NCBI GenBank assembly: GCA_023129715.1
Contig: JAGMBO010000055.1
Span: 19,327 to 83,326, forward strand
Direction of reading: 5' to 3'
Length of the DNA stretch: 64,000 bases
Source: Candidatus Eiseniibacteriota bacterium
GTDB lineage: Bacteria > Eisenbacteria > RBG-16-71-46 > CAIMUX01 > WJJG01
Numbering within the stretch: position 1 is the first letter of the stretch; the number at the start of each line of letters is the position of its first letter. The translations under genes were made by a program, and so were the position numbers. This document shows, one piece after another, positions 55,026 to 64,000 of this stretch. Below the pieces are notes generated by a model, which did not search any database, was not told the DNA's origin, and saw only the letters and a program-made list of their open reading frames with translations.

Positions 55026-56924
55026 CTAGAAGGCCATGGCAACAAAGACGCCCGTGAGCAGCCCCACCACCACCGTCAGCAAGATCGCAATCACCATGTG
55101 CTTGCGCATGGTCTGCGCCTCGAGCGCCTTGCCCCCCCCGATCGTGGCAACGGCATTGGTGATCTTGGCGGGTGTGATCGCCGAGGCGACCCCGCCGGTG
55201 GCGGCGTGCGCGCCATAGATCGTCATGAACTGCTTGTCCGAGAGCCCGACATCGGCGCAGGCCTTCTGCTGGATCTTCATGAAGAGCACGTTCGACCCGG
55301 TTTCCGAGCCGCCCACCACCGCCCCAAAGAGCCCCAGTCCCGGAGCCACGTAACTGTAGGCTCCGCCGAAGAAGGCGGCGAGGGACGCGCCGACGACGAT
55401 GTTCATGTTCCAGGTCGAGAAGAAGGCCGAGGGAACGAGCGTCGCTCCGCCGCCGGCCGCGGTCACGGTCTCCATCGCCGACCAAGCCATCACATAGGCA
55501 ATCGAGAAGTAGACCGCATAGGCAACGAATGGCGAGAGGAACCGCTTGAGCCACACGTCGATAGCCCGGCGCCATTGTTCGGCGCTCGGCTTCATGAAAA
55601 TGCACGCGAGCAATACCGAGATCAGGATCCAAGTGTAGATCTGTCCCAGTACATTCAGATCGACCACCTTGTCGTAGATGTGGAAAACCTCGATGTTACC
55701 GGGCAGCCGGCTCAGCCAGCCGTTGATCTGCGGGAACGAAACGACCGCGGCCAGAATCGTCAGGATGATCCATGGGGAGAGGGCCCGCCAAAGCGCCCCC
55801 GCATCGATCGGGTTCTCCCGCCGCACGCGCTCCAACTCGCCGGCCAGCCTGCGTCCCTGGAATGCGCGCTGCCAGAAAATCAGTGCACCCATCGAGAAGA
55901 GGCCCGCCAGAATGCCGATGATGCGGATCGGGATGATCTCTCGGCCGGTCGCATAGTTGATCACCGCCAGACCGAGCGCGCAGGCGGCGATCGAGATCCC
56001 CGAGATCAGCGCCGGCACCGCCCCGCGCCTCATCGAGGTCCAGCCGCCGACCAGCCAGAGGATGCCGAAGCTCAACCCCACGGCGATGACCGGAAGGAAG
56101 ATGCAGATCTTGAAGGTGAAGGCGATCGCGTCGATGGCGAAGATCTCCGCCGGCAGAGTGATCGGGATCGAGAGCAGGGCGAAGGAGGTCGTCGCATTGT
56201 AGCCGAGGACGGCAATCGCCACCGCCGAGGCGGGAGCGAAGCCCATCGCGATCAACAGCGGTGGGAACATCGCCGGGGTCACGATCCCCAGCGAGGTCAG
56301 GAACGAACCGAATCCAATGCCGACATTGAGCGCCTGAACTTCCTTGCCGACCACGGTGCGCTTGACGGCACCCGAGATGACGCCCAGGGCGCCCACTTCC
56401 TTCATCAAGAAGATCATGAACATCGTGAAGACCACGGCGATCGAGATCCCGAACGACTTGACGAAGCCGTACCACGATCCCGCCAGCGCAATGCCGAAGG
56501 AGGTCTTGAAGTAGAGCACCGCCAGCGCGACCGAGACGATCCAGCCGACGACGGCCATCGTTGCGCCGCTCTGCTGCAGCAGGATGATCCCGGCGAGTAC
56601 AACGAGCAGTGGCAGCAGGGCGAACAGGAACTTCAGTAGGCTGGCGCCGGTGGTGACTTCCTCGGGCGGAGAGGCCACCGGTGCGCCCTCTCCCTGGGCC
56701 CCGGCTGGCTGTGCCAGCAGCAGGCCCCCAGCGAAGAGCACGCCGAGGAGTCCGAGCAGTAGCACCCGGCGCGACCATCCCCGCACCCCGCGGTTCGCAC
56801 TACCCCGCAGTCTGCGGTTCGCACTACTTCGCACTCTGCAGCTCGCATCACTCCGCGCCCCTCGCTCCCCGCAACGCAGACTCAGGCCTTCACCCATCCG
56901 TCCCTCCAACCTCGTTTGTCCCAC
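55026..56924 (-). CDS. L-lactate permease (LctP) family transporter
   Basis: Many TMs; GFGSFL, GYNATTSFALLSIPI, GAVVGGSETGSNVLF, GGVASAITPAKI; start uncertain, N-terminal extension with repeats. Confidence 0.85.
   Translation of the reverse strand: MGQTRLEGRMGEGLSLRCGERGARSDASCRVRSSANRRLRGSANRGVRGWSRRVLLLGLLGVLFAGGLLLAQPAGAQGEGAPVASPPEEVTTGASLLKFLFALLPLLVVLAGIILLQQSGATMAVVGWIVSVALAVLYFKTSFGIALAGSWYGFVKSFGISIAVVFTMFMIFLMKEVGALGVISGAVKRTVVGKEVQALNVGIGFGSFLTSLGIVTPAMFPPLLIAMGFAPASAVAIAVLGYNATTSFALLSIPITLPAEIFAIDAIAFTFKICIFLPVIAVGLSFGILWLVGGWTSMRRGAVPALISGISIAACALGLAVINYATGREIIPIRIIGILAGLFSMGALIFWQRAFQGRRLAGELERVRRENPIDAGALWRALSPWIILTILAAVVSFPQINGWLSRLPGNIEVFHIYDKVVDLNVLGQIYTWILISVLLACIFMKPSAEQWRRAIDVWLKRFLSPFVAYAVYFSIAYVMAWSAMETVTAAGGGATLVPSAFFSTWNMNIVVGASLAAFFGGAYSYVAPGLGLFGAVVGGSETGSNVLFMKIQQKACADVGLSDKQFMTIYGAHAATGGVASAITPAKITNAVATIGGGKALEAQTMRKHMVIAILLTVVVGLLTGVFVAMAF
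56790..56861. repeat. In-frame 24-bp tandem repeat x3 in the LctP N-terminal extension
   Basis: gcggttcgcactac(c/t)...units. Confidence 0.75.
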
Positions 56925-57104
56925 TTACTTCCACGCGCCGGGTTCGCCGGATACTGTCGCGGGCGCCCTCCCTAGAGTCAACCTTTCGATTGAAATCCGG
57001 CTCTGATAGGCTCTATACGTCGTTAATCACATGCACGATCACCGGTCGCGACTCCGCGCGGCCGTAGCGGACGGCGATCTGCGCAGCAGCTCAAGACTTC
57101 GACG

Positions 57105-58610
57105 ATGGAGGAGCATTCGATGGCCATGGCACTGCGGGAATCGTCTTCCCCGCGCCGATTTCGGATCCGCCGGATGCGCCGCCGGCTGACCCCCGTCCTA
57201 GCGATCCTGGCCGGGCTGTTGGCGGCAGCCCCTGGCGTGGGGGCCGCTCCCAATCCTGGGCGCCCGCCGGTTCCCCCGCCGCCGGTCGACTTCGATGCCG
57301 GTCTCGACACGCGCGTCCGTGAGGTCTCGCTCCACAACCTCCTCGACTTCGACTACGACGAGAGTCAGGGAGTGGGAGCCCTGAGCACCGTCTCCGATGC
57401 TCACTTCTTCCGGGTACGCCACCGAATCTGGACGCAGCTGAAGTTTCGGGCGGGCTGGCGAGTATACTCGCGTTTCACCACCGAGTGGCGCAAGCATCTG
57501 ACCCCCTGGCTGACTCAGGAGAAGACCGAGATCATCCTCGACAACCTCTATCTCGACATCCCGCGGATCGCCGGACAGCCGATCTCACTGCGGCTCGGCC
57601 GTCAAGACATCATCAGGGGCGAGGGATTCATCCTGCTCGATGGTGGTCCCAACGACGGATCCCGCTCGATCTTCCAGAATGCGCTGCTGCTCGGCATCGA
57701 CGGCGAGCTGTTCGGTATGGAGCGGAGTAAGCTTGAACTGATGGCGATCCGCAACCTCGCCTGGGACGAGTTCATCCTCGCCAATGGCTGGACCGACGAG
57801 CAGCGTCGTCTCGGCCAGCGCAAGGGACTCCAAGAGAACGACGAGACGGCCTTTGGCCTGTATGCCACCTACGACCGACCCAAACAGCACAAGGTGGAGA
57901 GCTACTACTTCTACAAGGAGGAAGAGGCGCCTTCGGCGAAAGATCCCCATCTGAAGCTGCATACAGTGGGAACCCGCATCTCGGGCAAACTGCCCTATGC
58001 CCTCAGCTATGCCGCGGAGGGGGCCTATCAGTTCGGCACTCACGACTCGGTCGCCGCCGGGATGTCGGCGCATGATCACCGCTCCTATGGGGGCTATGTG
58101 CACCTGGCCCGGTCACTGCTGGCCCTCGGCCATCCCGAGCTCACGATCGGCGCCGTCTATCTGTCGGGAAATGACCCGGGAAGCGCGGATCATCCCAACC
58201 CCGAGGATCAGTCCTGGGTGCCGCTTTTCTCGCGCTGGCCGAAGTGGAGCGAGCTCTACATCTACACCTTGATCCCGGAGTATGGCCGGGTCGCCAACTG
58301 GACGAACATGAGCGCGTTGACCGCCAGGGCGAGCATGACTCTGTCCGGCCGCGCCAAACTCGCCTACACCTACTGCTACATGATGGCCCCCCACCCGCAT
58401 GATCCGCAGAACTCGCCGCCTCCCTGGCAGAGCGGGTTCTTCGGCGATGGAGATGTGCGCGGCCACAATCATCAGTGGAAGCTGAGCATCGAGATGAACA
58501 AGGGAGTGTCGTGGCATTTTCTCCTCGAGCGCTTCGCGCCCGGGGATTTCTACCAGGATGCCGTGGACGATGCGTACTTCCTGCGTTGGGAGTTTATGTT
58601 CAAGTCGTAG
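57105..58610 (+). CDS. Outer-membrane beta-barrel, alginate-export family
   Basis: Signal peptide; IILDNLYLD, LRLGRQDI..GEGF...DG, amphipathic strands, terminal LRWEFMF. Confidence 0.82.
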   Translation: MEEHSMAMALRESSSPRRFRIRRMRRRLTPVLAILAGLLAAAPGVGAAPNPGRPPVPPPPVDFDAGLDTRVREVSLHNLLDFDYDESQGVGALSTVSDAHFFRVRHRIWTQLKFRAGWRVYSRFTTEWRKHLTPWLTQEKTEIILDNLYLDIPRIAGQPISLRLGRQDIIRGEGFILLDGGPNDGSRSIFQNALLLGIDGELFGMERSKLELMAIRNLAWDEFILANGWTDEQRRLGQRKGLQENDETAFGLYATYDRPKQHKVESYYFYKEEEAPSAKDPHLKLHTVGTRISGKLPYALSYAAEGAYQFGTHDSVAAGMSAHDHRSYGGYVHLARSLLALGHPELTIGAVYLSGNDPGSADHPNPEDQSWVPLFSRWPKWSELYIYTLIPEYGRVANWTNMSALTARASMTLSGRAKLAYTYCYMMAPHPHDPQNSPPPWQSGFFGDGDVRGHNHQWKLSIEMNKGVSWHFLLERFAPGDFYQDAVDDAYFLRWEFMFKS

Positions 58611-58694
58611 GCCCACAGCTGCCGGGCGCCGACACCGAGGAGATCGGGGATCCGGCGGCAGCGCTGCCAAGTAACGACGAGGGAGGAACCAGCG

Positions 58695-60002
58695 GTGAAG
58701 AAGTTCTGGAACGAGGAATTCGAGACGATGTCGGCGGAGAAGATGCGCCAATTCCAACTCGAGAACTTGCGGCGCACACTCGAGCGAGTCTATGCGAAGG
58801 TCCCCTTCTACAAGCAGGCCTTCGACGCCCGGGGAATCAAGCCGGGAGATCTCAAGTCCCTCGAGGACTTGGCTCGCTTCCCCTTCACCGTGAAAAACGA
58901 CCTGCGCGACAACTACCCTCTAGGCCTCTGCACCGTCCCCGTGTCCGAGCTCGTCCGCATCCACGCCTCCTCGGGCACGACCGGCAAGCCGATCACCGGA
59001 CCATATACCCCTGCCGATAAGGAGCAGTGGGGGGAGTGCATGGCCCGGGCGATGTGGGCGCAGAGTGTCCGGCCCGAGGACATCGCCCAGAACGCCTACG
59101 GCATGGGGCTCTTCACCGGCGGCCTCGGCTTCCTGCTCGGTTTCGAGCGCATCGGCTGCGCGGTGATCCCCTCCGGTTCCGGGCAGACCGAACGGCAGAT
59201 CCTGCTGATGGAGGATCTCGGAACCACCGTACTCGGTTGCACACCTACCTACGCGCTGACGATTGCCGAGCGGGCGCGGCAACTCGGCAACGACCTGACG
59301 CAGTTTCCCCTGCGGGTCGGCCTCTTCGGCGCCGAGCCCTGGACGCCGAAGATGAGGGCGCTGATCGAGGAACGCATGGGCATCGTCGCCCACGAGCATT
59401 ACGGGTTGACCGAGCTGATGGGTCCCGGGGTCGCCTTCTCCTGCGAGGCCGGAGCCCTGCACATCAACGAAGACCATGTCTACCCCGAGGTCATCGACGC
59501 GGAGACCGAGGAGCCCCTGCCTCTCGGCCAGGAAGGCGAGATGGTGCTGACCTCGCTGCAACGCGAGGCGATGCCGATGATCCGCTACCGCACGCGTGAC
59601 ATCACTCGCCTCACGCGCGAGACCTGCGCCTGTGGCCGCACAACCATGGCGATGCAGAAAGTGACCGGACGCTCCGATGACATGATAATTGTCAGCGGGG
59701 TCAACGTCTTTCCCTCGCAGATCGAGAGCGTGCTGATGGAGTTCGCCGAGATCGAACCTCAGTACGTCATCCACCTGTTCAAGAAGGGTTTCATCGACGC
59801 CATCCGAGTAGAGACGGAGGTCAAGCCTCCCGTCTACGAGAGTGGCAAGGGGTTCATCAAGGACTTGGCCGGTAAGGTTTCAGCACGCATCCAGGCGGTC
59901 GTGGGCATCAAGGTGCCGGTCGAGATCCTCGCCGCCGGGTCGATCCCGCGCAGCGTCGGCAAGGCGAAGCGGATCATCGACGAGCGACAGGAGATCAAGT
60001 AG
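58695..60002 (+). CDS. paaK: Phenylacetate-CoA ligase family
   Basis: RIHASSGTTGKP, YGMGLFTGGLG, GLFGAEPW, YGLTE..GPG, IRYRTRD, GRSDDMIIVSGVNVFPSQIE. Confidence 0.93.
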   Translation: MKKFWNEEFETMSAEKMRQFQLENLRRTLERVYAKVPFYKQAFDARGIKPGDLKSLEDLARFPFTVKNDLRDNYPLGLCTVPVSELVRIHASSGTTGKPITGPYTPADKEQWGECMARAMWAQSVRPEDIAQNAYGMGLFTGGLGFLLGFERIGCAVIPSGSGQTERQILLMEDLGTTVLGCTPTYALTIAERARQLGNDLTQFPLRVGLFGAEPWTPKMRALIEERMGIVAHEHYGLTELMGPGVAFSCEAGALHINEDHVYPEVIDAETEEPLPLGQEGEMVLTSLQREAMPMIRYRTRDITRLTRETCACGRTTMAMQKVTGRSDDMIIVSGVNVFPSQIESVLMEFAEIEPQYVIHLFKKGFIDAIRVETEVKPPVYESGKGFIKDLAGKVSARIQAVVGIKVPVEILAAGSIPRSVGKAKRIIDERQEIK

Positions 60003-60052
60003 TCCCCACGATCGCGTGGTCCCAACGTCGATTCGGGTCCGTCGCCGGCGAG

Positions 60053-60859
60053 CTACTCGCCGGCGACCCCGAACGCGGCGAGCACGGCAGTGATATTGTC
60101 CGGCCCACCTGCCTGATTGGCAACGTCGACCATCCGCTCGACCACCGCGGCGACATCTTCCTCGGCGAGCAAGTCGCCGAGCTGCTCATCGGAAGCGCCC
60201 CGATTCAGACCATCGGTGCAGAGCAGGATGCGATCGGCGGGCTGGATCTCCAGCGGTGACGCGGTGATGTCCGGCTCGACGCTCGTGCGCACGCCGAGCG
60301 CGCGAGTCAGAATGTGCCGCCCCCGGTGGGTGGCCGCCTCAGCCCCGTCGATCTTGCCCTCGGCCAGTAGCGTCGCGGCCAAGTTGTGATCCTGCGTGAG
60401 CTGCTCGAGTCGACCGGAGCGGAACCGATAGACGCGGCTGTCGCCGACATGGGCAATCCAGAGCCGACCGCCGCGGATGACCACCGCGCTGCAGGTGGTG
60501 CCCATGCCGCGTAGCTGGTCATCCTCCTCGCCCCGGAGCAGGATCAGCCGGTTGGCCTCATAGAGCGCCGCGCGCAATACGGGCACCGGATCATCGTCAG
60601 GCGTCACCTTCGCCCGGAGGTACTTCTCCAGAAATACCTCGACCGCCAACCGGCTGGCGACCTCGCCGGCGGCGTGTCCCCCCATCCCGTCGGCCACGAT
60701 CAGCACGTGGCCATGACTTACCTCGCGCTCCACCGGAGACCGCTCGGCGTGGAAGAAGTCCTGATTGTTCGGACGCACACGGCCGCGGCTGGTCTGCGCG
60801 GCAAGACCAGCCAGCACAATCCCGCCATCCGGCGGGTTGATGTTGCGCTTAGAGTTCAT
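60053..60859 (-). CDS. PP2C-family Ser/Thr protein phosphatase
   Basis: RGRVRPNNQD, VADGMGGHAAGEVAS, GMGTT, AHVGDSRVY, LLCTDGL, GGPDNITAV. Confidence 0.95.
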   Translation of the reverse strand: MNSKRNINPPDGGIVLAGLAAQTSRGRVRPNNQDFFHAERSPVEREVSHGHVLIVADGMGGHAAGEVASRLAVEVFLEKYLRAKVTPDDDPVPVLRAALYEANRLILLRGEEDDQLRGMGTTCSAVVIRGGRLWIAHVGDSRVYRFRSGRLEQLTQDHNLAATLLAEGKIDGAEAATHRGRHILTRALGVRTSVEPDITASPLEIQPADRILLCTDGLNRGASDEQLGDLLAEEDVAAVVERMVDVANQAGGPDNITAVLAAFGVAGE

Positions 60860-60982
60860 GAGCAAACCACTCCGGATTAGAGCTTGCAACTCTACCGCGC
60901 CGCCGATTGCTAGCCAAGGCGGAAAAGGCGCCCGCGCGCCGCTCCCGAGGGCCCAGCGGGCTGATTCCGGCCAACTGACTCG

Positions 60983-60998
60983 TGGCTTGCAGGATGCA
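60983..60998 (+). promoter_or_regulatory. Possible sigma54 site upstream of rpoN
   Basis: TGGCTTGCAGGATGCA; GG-N10-GC spacing, imperfect flanks. Confidence 0.35.
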
Positions 60999-61263
60999 CA
61001 GCGCCCCCGCTGCGGGAACGCGCAGGCAGGGGCTAGAGCGCCCATCGAGACCGATTCCGACCGGGGAGGAAACCATCAGGATCGCTTGCATGTGGGACGC
61101 GAAGTCGCTACGGTTTTTCATGGGCGTGGTGCGATTCGCCCGTTTCCGCCACCGCGCAGACAGCGCCTCAAGCCGCTCTGCGCGAGGCCGATCTGAAAGG
61201 GGGGAGACGGGAGCGGCGCACAAGCGCGCGGACTGGGCCGGCCAAGGCCACTGGGGAATCGCA

Positions 61264-62883
61264 ATGAAGACCTCAATGAACATCGAGCTGCGCACCCAGC
61301 TGCAGCTGCAAATCCGCCCCCAGATGGTCATGACGATGAACCTGCTGACCCTCCCGATCCTCGATTTCAATCAAGAGATCGAGACGATGGCGGAGGAGAA
61401 CCCCGTCCTCGATGTCACCAATCCCTCCGAGATCTCGGCGACGGACGCGATCAGCGAACGCAAGGAAGAGTCGTCCAAGGAAACGACCAACGACGAGTGG
61501 GACGAGCGCGTTCTGCAGCGCATCGCCGAGCTGGGCGAGGACCCCAATCAGGGGGGCGGCTCGTGGGCGGGAACGAACCGGCCGCGCGATGAGGAATGGA
61601 CCGACCCGATCCTCCGCCTCGCCCCCTCGAAGACGCTGCGTGACGATCTGCTCGAGCAGGTGCGCCTGACCTTGTCCGGCAACGAGGAGAAGATCGGCGA
61701 ATTCATCGTCCAGGATCTCGACTCCCGGGGGTTTCTCACCAGATCGGTCACCGAGCTGGCCCCCGACATCGCTGCCTACATCGAGGATTCGGTGACCGAG
61801 GAGGAGGTCACCCACGTTCTCGAGCGGCTGAAAGAGGCGATCGAACCGCCCGGCATCTGCGCGGCCAATCTCTCCGAGTCGATTGCGATCCAACTGAAGC
61901 GCCAGGGCCAGGAGAAGTGGACCGATCTGCTGATCACCGGCTATGAACTCTTGAGCGCGGGGAAGGAGCGGGAGCTCGCGCGCCTATGCAGCAAGTACAA
62001 GGTCGACACCTCGTTCGTCTTCGACCGGCTCTCCAAGCTCCACTTCGTCCCGACCTTCGGGATCGCCGAGGAGAGCTTCGATACGAACAGCATGCGCCCC
62101 GAGGTCTTGGTGATTCCGGCGCACCCTGAGATTCATGGTCCCGGCCGCTATGAGATCCGCTACAACAGCAGCGCGATCGTCCGCCTGACCCTCAATCCCA
62201 AGATCATCGAGATGGCCCGCCGCCGGGACACGCTCACGCCGGCCGAGCGGCGCTTCTTGAGCGAGAAGGTGCAGCAGGCAAAGTGGCTGCGTCAGGTCGT
62301 CGAAGACCGCCGCAGCCTGCTGCTGCGTACCGTGGAGGCGGTCGTCGAGCGGCAGTGGGACTTCCTCGATCGCGGGATCCGCAAATTGCGCCCCCTGACC
62401 CAACGCGAGATCGCCGAAGAGGTCGGCCGCGACGAGAGCACCATCTCGCGCCTGATCAACGGTCGCTTCGCCGACACGCCCCAGGGATGTATCCCGCTCT
62501 CGGCGTTCTTCTCCCAGGCGGTCGGCAAGTCCTCGGGGGCTGCGGCGCGGGAGGCACTGCGCGAGATCATGACGACGGAGAAGGACGGCGTCGGCTACAC
62601 CGACGACGAGCTCGCCGAGCGCATGCGCTTGAGCGGGTATGCGGTGCACCGCCGCACGGTCAACAAGTATCGCCGCATGCTGGGGGGCTACTTCGCCCTG
62701 AAACGCAGTGTGCGCCGCGCGATGAACCGCCGCGAGAAGCGCGTCGAGGACCGCGCCGAGGAGCCGGTCGAAAAACCCACCGAGGAGCCCGCCGAGAAGC
62801 GCGCCGAAGACCCGGTCGGGAGACCCGCGGAGGAACCGGTCGAGAAACCCACCGAGAAGCTCCTCGAGGAGCCCGTCGAGTAG
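61264..62883 (+). CDS. rpoN: RNA polymerase sigma54 factor, divergent, with repetitive acidic tail
   Basis: Gln/Leu-rich region I ending ENPVL; EPPGICA.NL.E; LRPLTQREIA...ESTISR; RpoN box variant HRRTVNKYR. Confidence 0.9.
   Translation: MKTSMNIELRTQLQLQIRPQMVMTMNLLTLPILDFNQEIETMAEENPVLDVTNPSEISATDAISERKEESSKETTNDEWDERVLQRIAELGEDPNQGGGSWAGTNRPRDEEWTDPILRLAPSKTLRDDLLEQVRLTLSGNEEKIGEFIVQDLDSRGFLTRSVTELAPDIAAYIEDSVTEEEVTHVLERLKEAIEPPGICAANLSESIAIQLKRQGQEKWTDLLITGYELLSAGKERELARLCSKYKVDTSFVFDRLSKLHFVPTFGIAEESFDTNSMRPEVLVIPAHPEIHGPGRYEIRYNSSAIVRLTLNPKIIEMARRRDTLTPAERRFLSEKVQQAKWLRQVVEDRRSLLLRTVEAVVERQWDFLDRGIRKLRPLTQREIAEEVGRDESTISRLINGRFADTPQGCIPLSAFFSQAVGKSSGAAAREALREIMTTEKDGVGYTDDELAERMRLSGYAVHRRTVNKYRRMLGGYFALKRSVRRAMNRREKRVEDRAEEPVEKPTEEPAEKRAEDPVGRPAEEPVEKPTEKLLEEPVE
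62758..62883 (+). repeat. In-frame 24-bp (8-aa) repeat forming the rpoN C-terminal tail
   Basis: EEPVEKPT/EEPAEKRA/EDPVGRPA/EEPVEKPT/EKLL/EEPVE. Confidence 0.85.
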
Positions 62884-62884
62884 C

Positions 62885-63385
62885 ATGCCCGCACCGGGAG
62901 CAGACCGGATCGTGCGGACAACCCTGATTGCTGCCTATGCCGTGCTGACCCTGGCCGGCCTCTTTCTCTTCCGCGGCATTCCAGTTCTCAACGTTGCCTT
63001 GGGGTTCCTGGTCGGGGCGGCGGTCGCCCGCCGGGCCGGCGCCGCCCTGCCCGCCCTACACGCCGCCCTCTGGTGGGCCTTCACCACGGCCGCGATCACG
63101 ATGGCCGCCTCCTGGATCGAACTGGCTGGCCTGCTGCTAGTTACGCACTACTGGGGTCCGTACAGCACTGCGGCCGGCTGGGTGCCGCTCCTCCCACCTC
63201 CCGATTCGCCGAACGTTTCGCGGATCATTCTCTTCTCGGTCATCGTCGCCCCCGCCCTGCAAGTCCTGACCACAGGGTTCGGTGGCCTGGTCGCCGTCGT
63301 GATCGGCCACTCCGTCGTGAAAAGAGACGCCTCGCACCACAACCTAGCAAGAGAAGAGACGCCAAGGACTGGAACCCCTCATTGA
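62885..63385 (+). CDS. Hypothetical membrane protein (about 4 TMs)
   Basis: Starts 1 nt after the rpoN stop; several hydrophobic helices. Confidence 0.7.
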   Translation: MPAPGADRIVRTTLIAAYAVLTLAGLFLFRGIPVLNVALGFLVGAAVARRAGAALPALHAALWWAFTTAAITMAASWIELAGLLLVTHYWGPYSTAAGWVPLLPPPDSPNVSRIILFSVIVAPALQVLTTGFGGLVAVVIGHSVVKRDASHHNLAREETPRTGTPH

Positions 63386-63609
63386 GACTAAGGAAAGCCC
63401 CGTTCTTGCCCGAAATCGGGCTTATACCTTGCGGTTTCCTCTCCCTGGAGACAGAATCCTCTCCCGGATGCCCCGGCTGACCCGGCTGACCCGGAGGGCC
63501 GACAGGGCCAGGGATCGGGACGAGGGGGAATGGAGGCGGGCTCGATGGGGATAGCCGTCCGGTGAACCCCGTTTTGTCGTGATGGGAAGCCCCGAGGGAG
63601 GCACCGCTC

Positions 63610-63873
63610 ATGCCGGACGAAGACGCTCTCGTCCAGAACCTGCAGTCGGCCACCGGGCTCGACGAGGCGGTTCTGCGCAAGATCGTCCAGGAGATCCGAG
63701 AGTGGTACGACGAGGACCTGCCGGCGTGGGTCCAGCGGCGCCATCGCGAGCTGCAGCGGCAAGGGGCGCCCAACCGGGAGATCTTCAGCATGCTGTGCCA
63801 GGAGGCGCGCCGGATCCTGATCCGGCCGCGCCCCATGACCGAGCGGCAGATCCGTCGCCTGATCTACGGCTGA
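63610..63873 (+). CDS. Small conserved-looking helical hypothetical protein
   Basis: GGAGG RBS; ends TERQIRRLIYG; precedes the glmS-like gene. Confidence 0.75.
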   Translation: MPDEDALVQNLQSATGLDEAVLRKIVQEIREWYDEDLPAWVQRRHRELQRQGAPNREIFSMLCQEARRILIRPRPMTERQIRRLIYG

Positions 63874-63918
63874 CACGCAGCCGGCGGACCAAGTGCGGCG
63901 CGTGGAAAGGACAATCGC

Positions 63919-64000
63919 ATGTGTGGAATCATAGGGTTCTCCGGCGTGCGCAAGGTTCCGGCGAGTCTGATCATGGAGGGGCTCAAGCGCCTCGAGTATC
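63919..64000 (+). CDS. glmS: Glutamine-fructose-6-phosphate transaminase or related class II amidotransferase (5' partial)
   Basis: MCGIIGFSG...EGLKRLEY N-terminal nucleophile motif; AAAGGA RBS. Confidence 0.85.
   Translation, partial: MCGIIGFSGVRKVPASLIMEGLKRLEY

Noticed and set aside
49378-61069. Shared 11-mer GACCGGGGAGG downstream of both putative sigma54 sites (49378, 61059)
   Set aside because: An 11-nt G-rich match is expected by chance in 64 kb, and the offsets from the promoters differ.
61060-61140. c-di-GMP-I (GEMM) riboswitch upstream of rpoN (AAACCAT...TGGGACGCGAAG)
   Set aside because: Lacks GGCAAA, the GNRA tetraloop and the receptor; P2 pairing is poor. A residual chance remains that it is a degenerate variant.
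63355-63500. glmS ribozyme (GCCAAGGACT and GGATGCCCCGGCTGA resemble pieces of it)
   Set aside because: The core GACGAGG and ATCGAA/TCGGCGG elements are missing and a gene separates it from glmS; a cmscan would settle it.
1-64000. Mobile elements, prophage, retron/DGR, tRNA or rRNA
   Set aside because: No transposase, integrase, reverse transcriptase, phage structural motifs, cloverleaf or rRNA signatures were recognised by eye.

Overview
GC-rich bacterial chromosomal window. By gene content it resembles FCB-related candidate phyla such as Ca. Eisenbacteria/Krumholzibacteria; this is an inference from the FlgD-Ig-tailed secreted proteins, not a taxonomic assignment. Left to right: a Moco biosynthesis cluster (moaA, moaC, two MOSC paralogs, one fused to Mog/MoaB); assorted small enzymes and transporters; a roughly 26 kb block of large secreted proteins (three C25 gingipain-family proteins, a beta-helix protein, a PPC-repeat protein) interleaved with a selenocysteine-containing selD, yitT and a Tat-signal tldD/pmbA pair; a kinase-less 5xPAS protein coupled to a sigma54 activator; an ABC-2 exporter, pepT, HDOD, lactate-permease/porin/paaK, PP2C, rpoN and the start of glmS. 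No transposase, integrase, CRISPR array, tRNA or rRNA was recognised. Best leads: (1) a near-perfect sigma54 promoter just behind the activator gene that appears to drive a separate ~150-nt structured RNA; (2) UGA-Sec recoding in selD, missed by the ORF track; (3) two gingipain paralogs lacking the catalytic His; (4) a Tat-exported TldD with a signal-less partner; (5) a shared C-terminal [ST]WSx[IV]KxxF motif; (6) about a dozen unrelated short tandem-repeat arrays, many at gene ends. All family calls are by motif recognition from memory; no searches were run.
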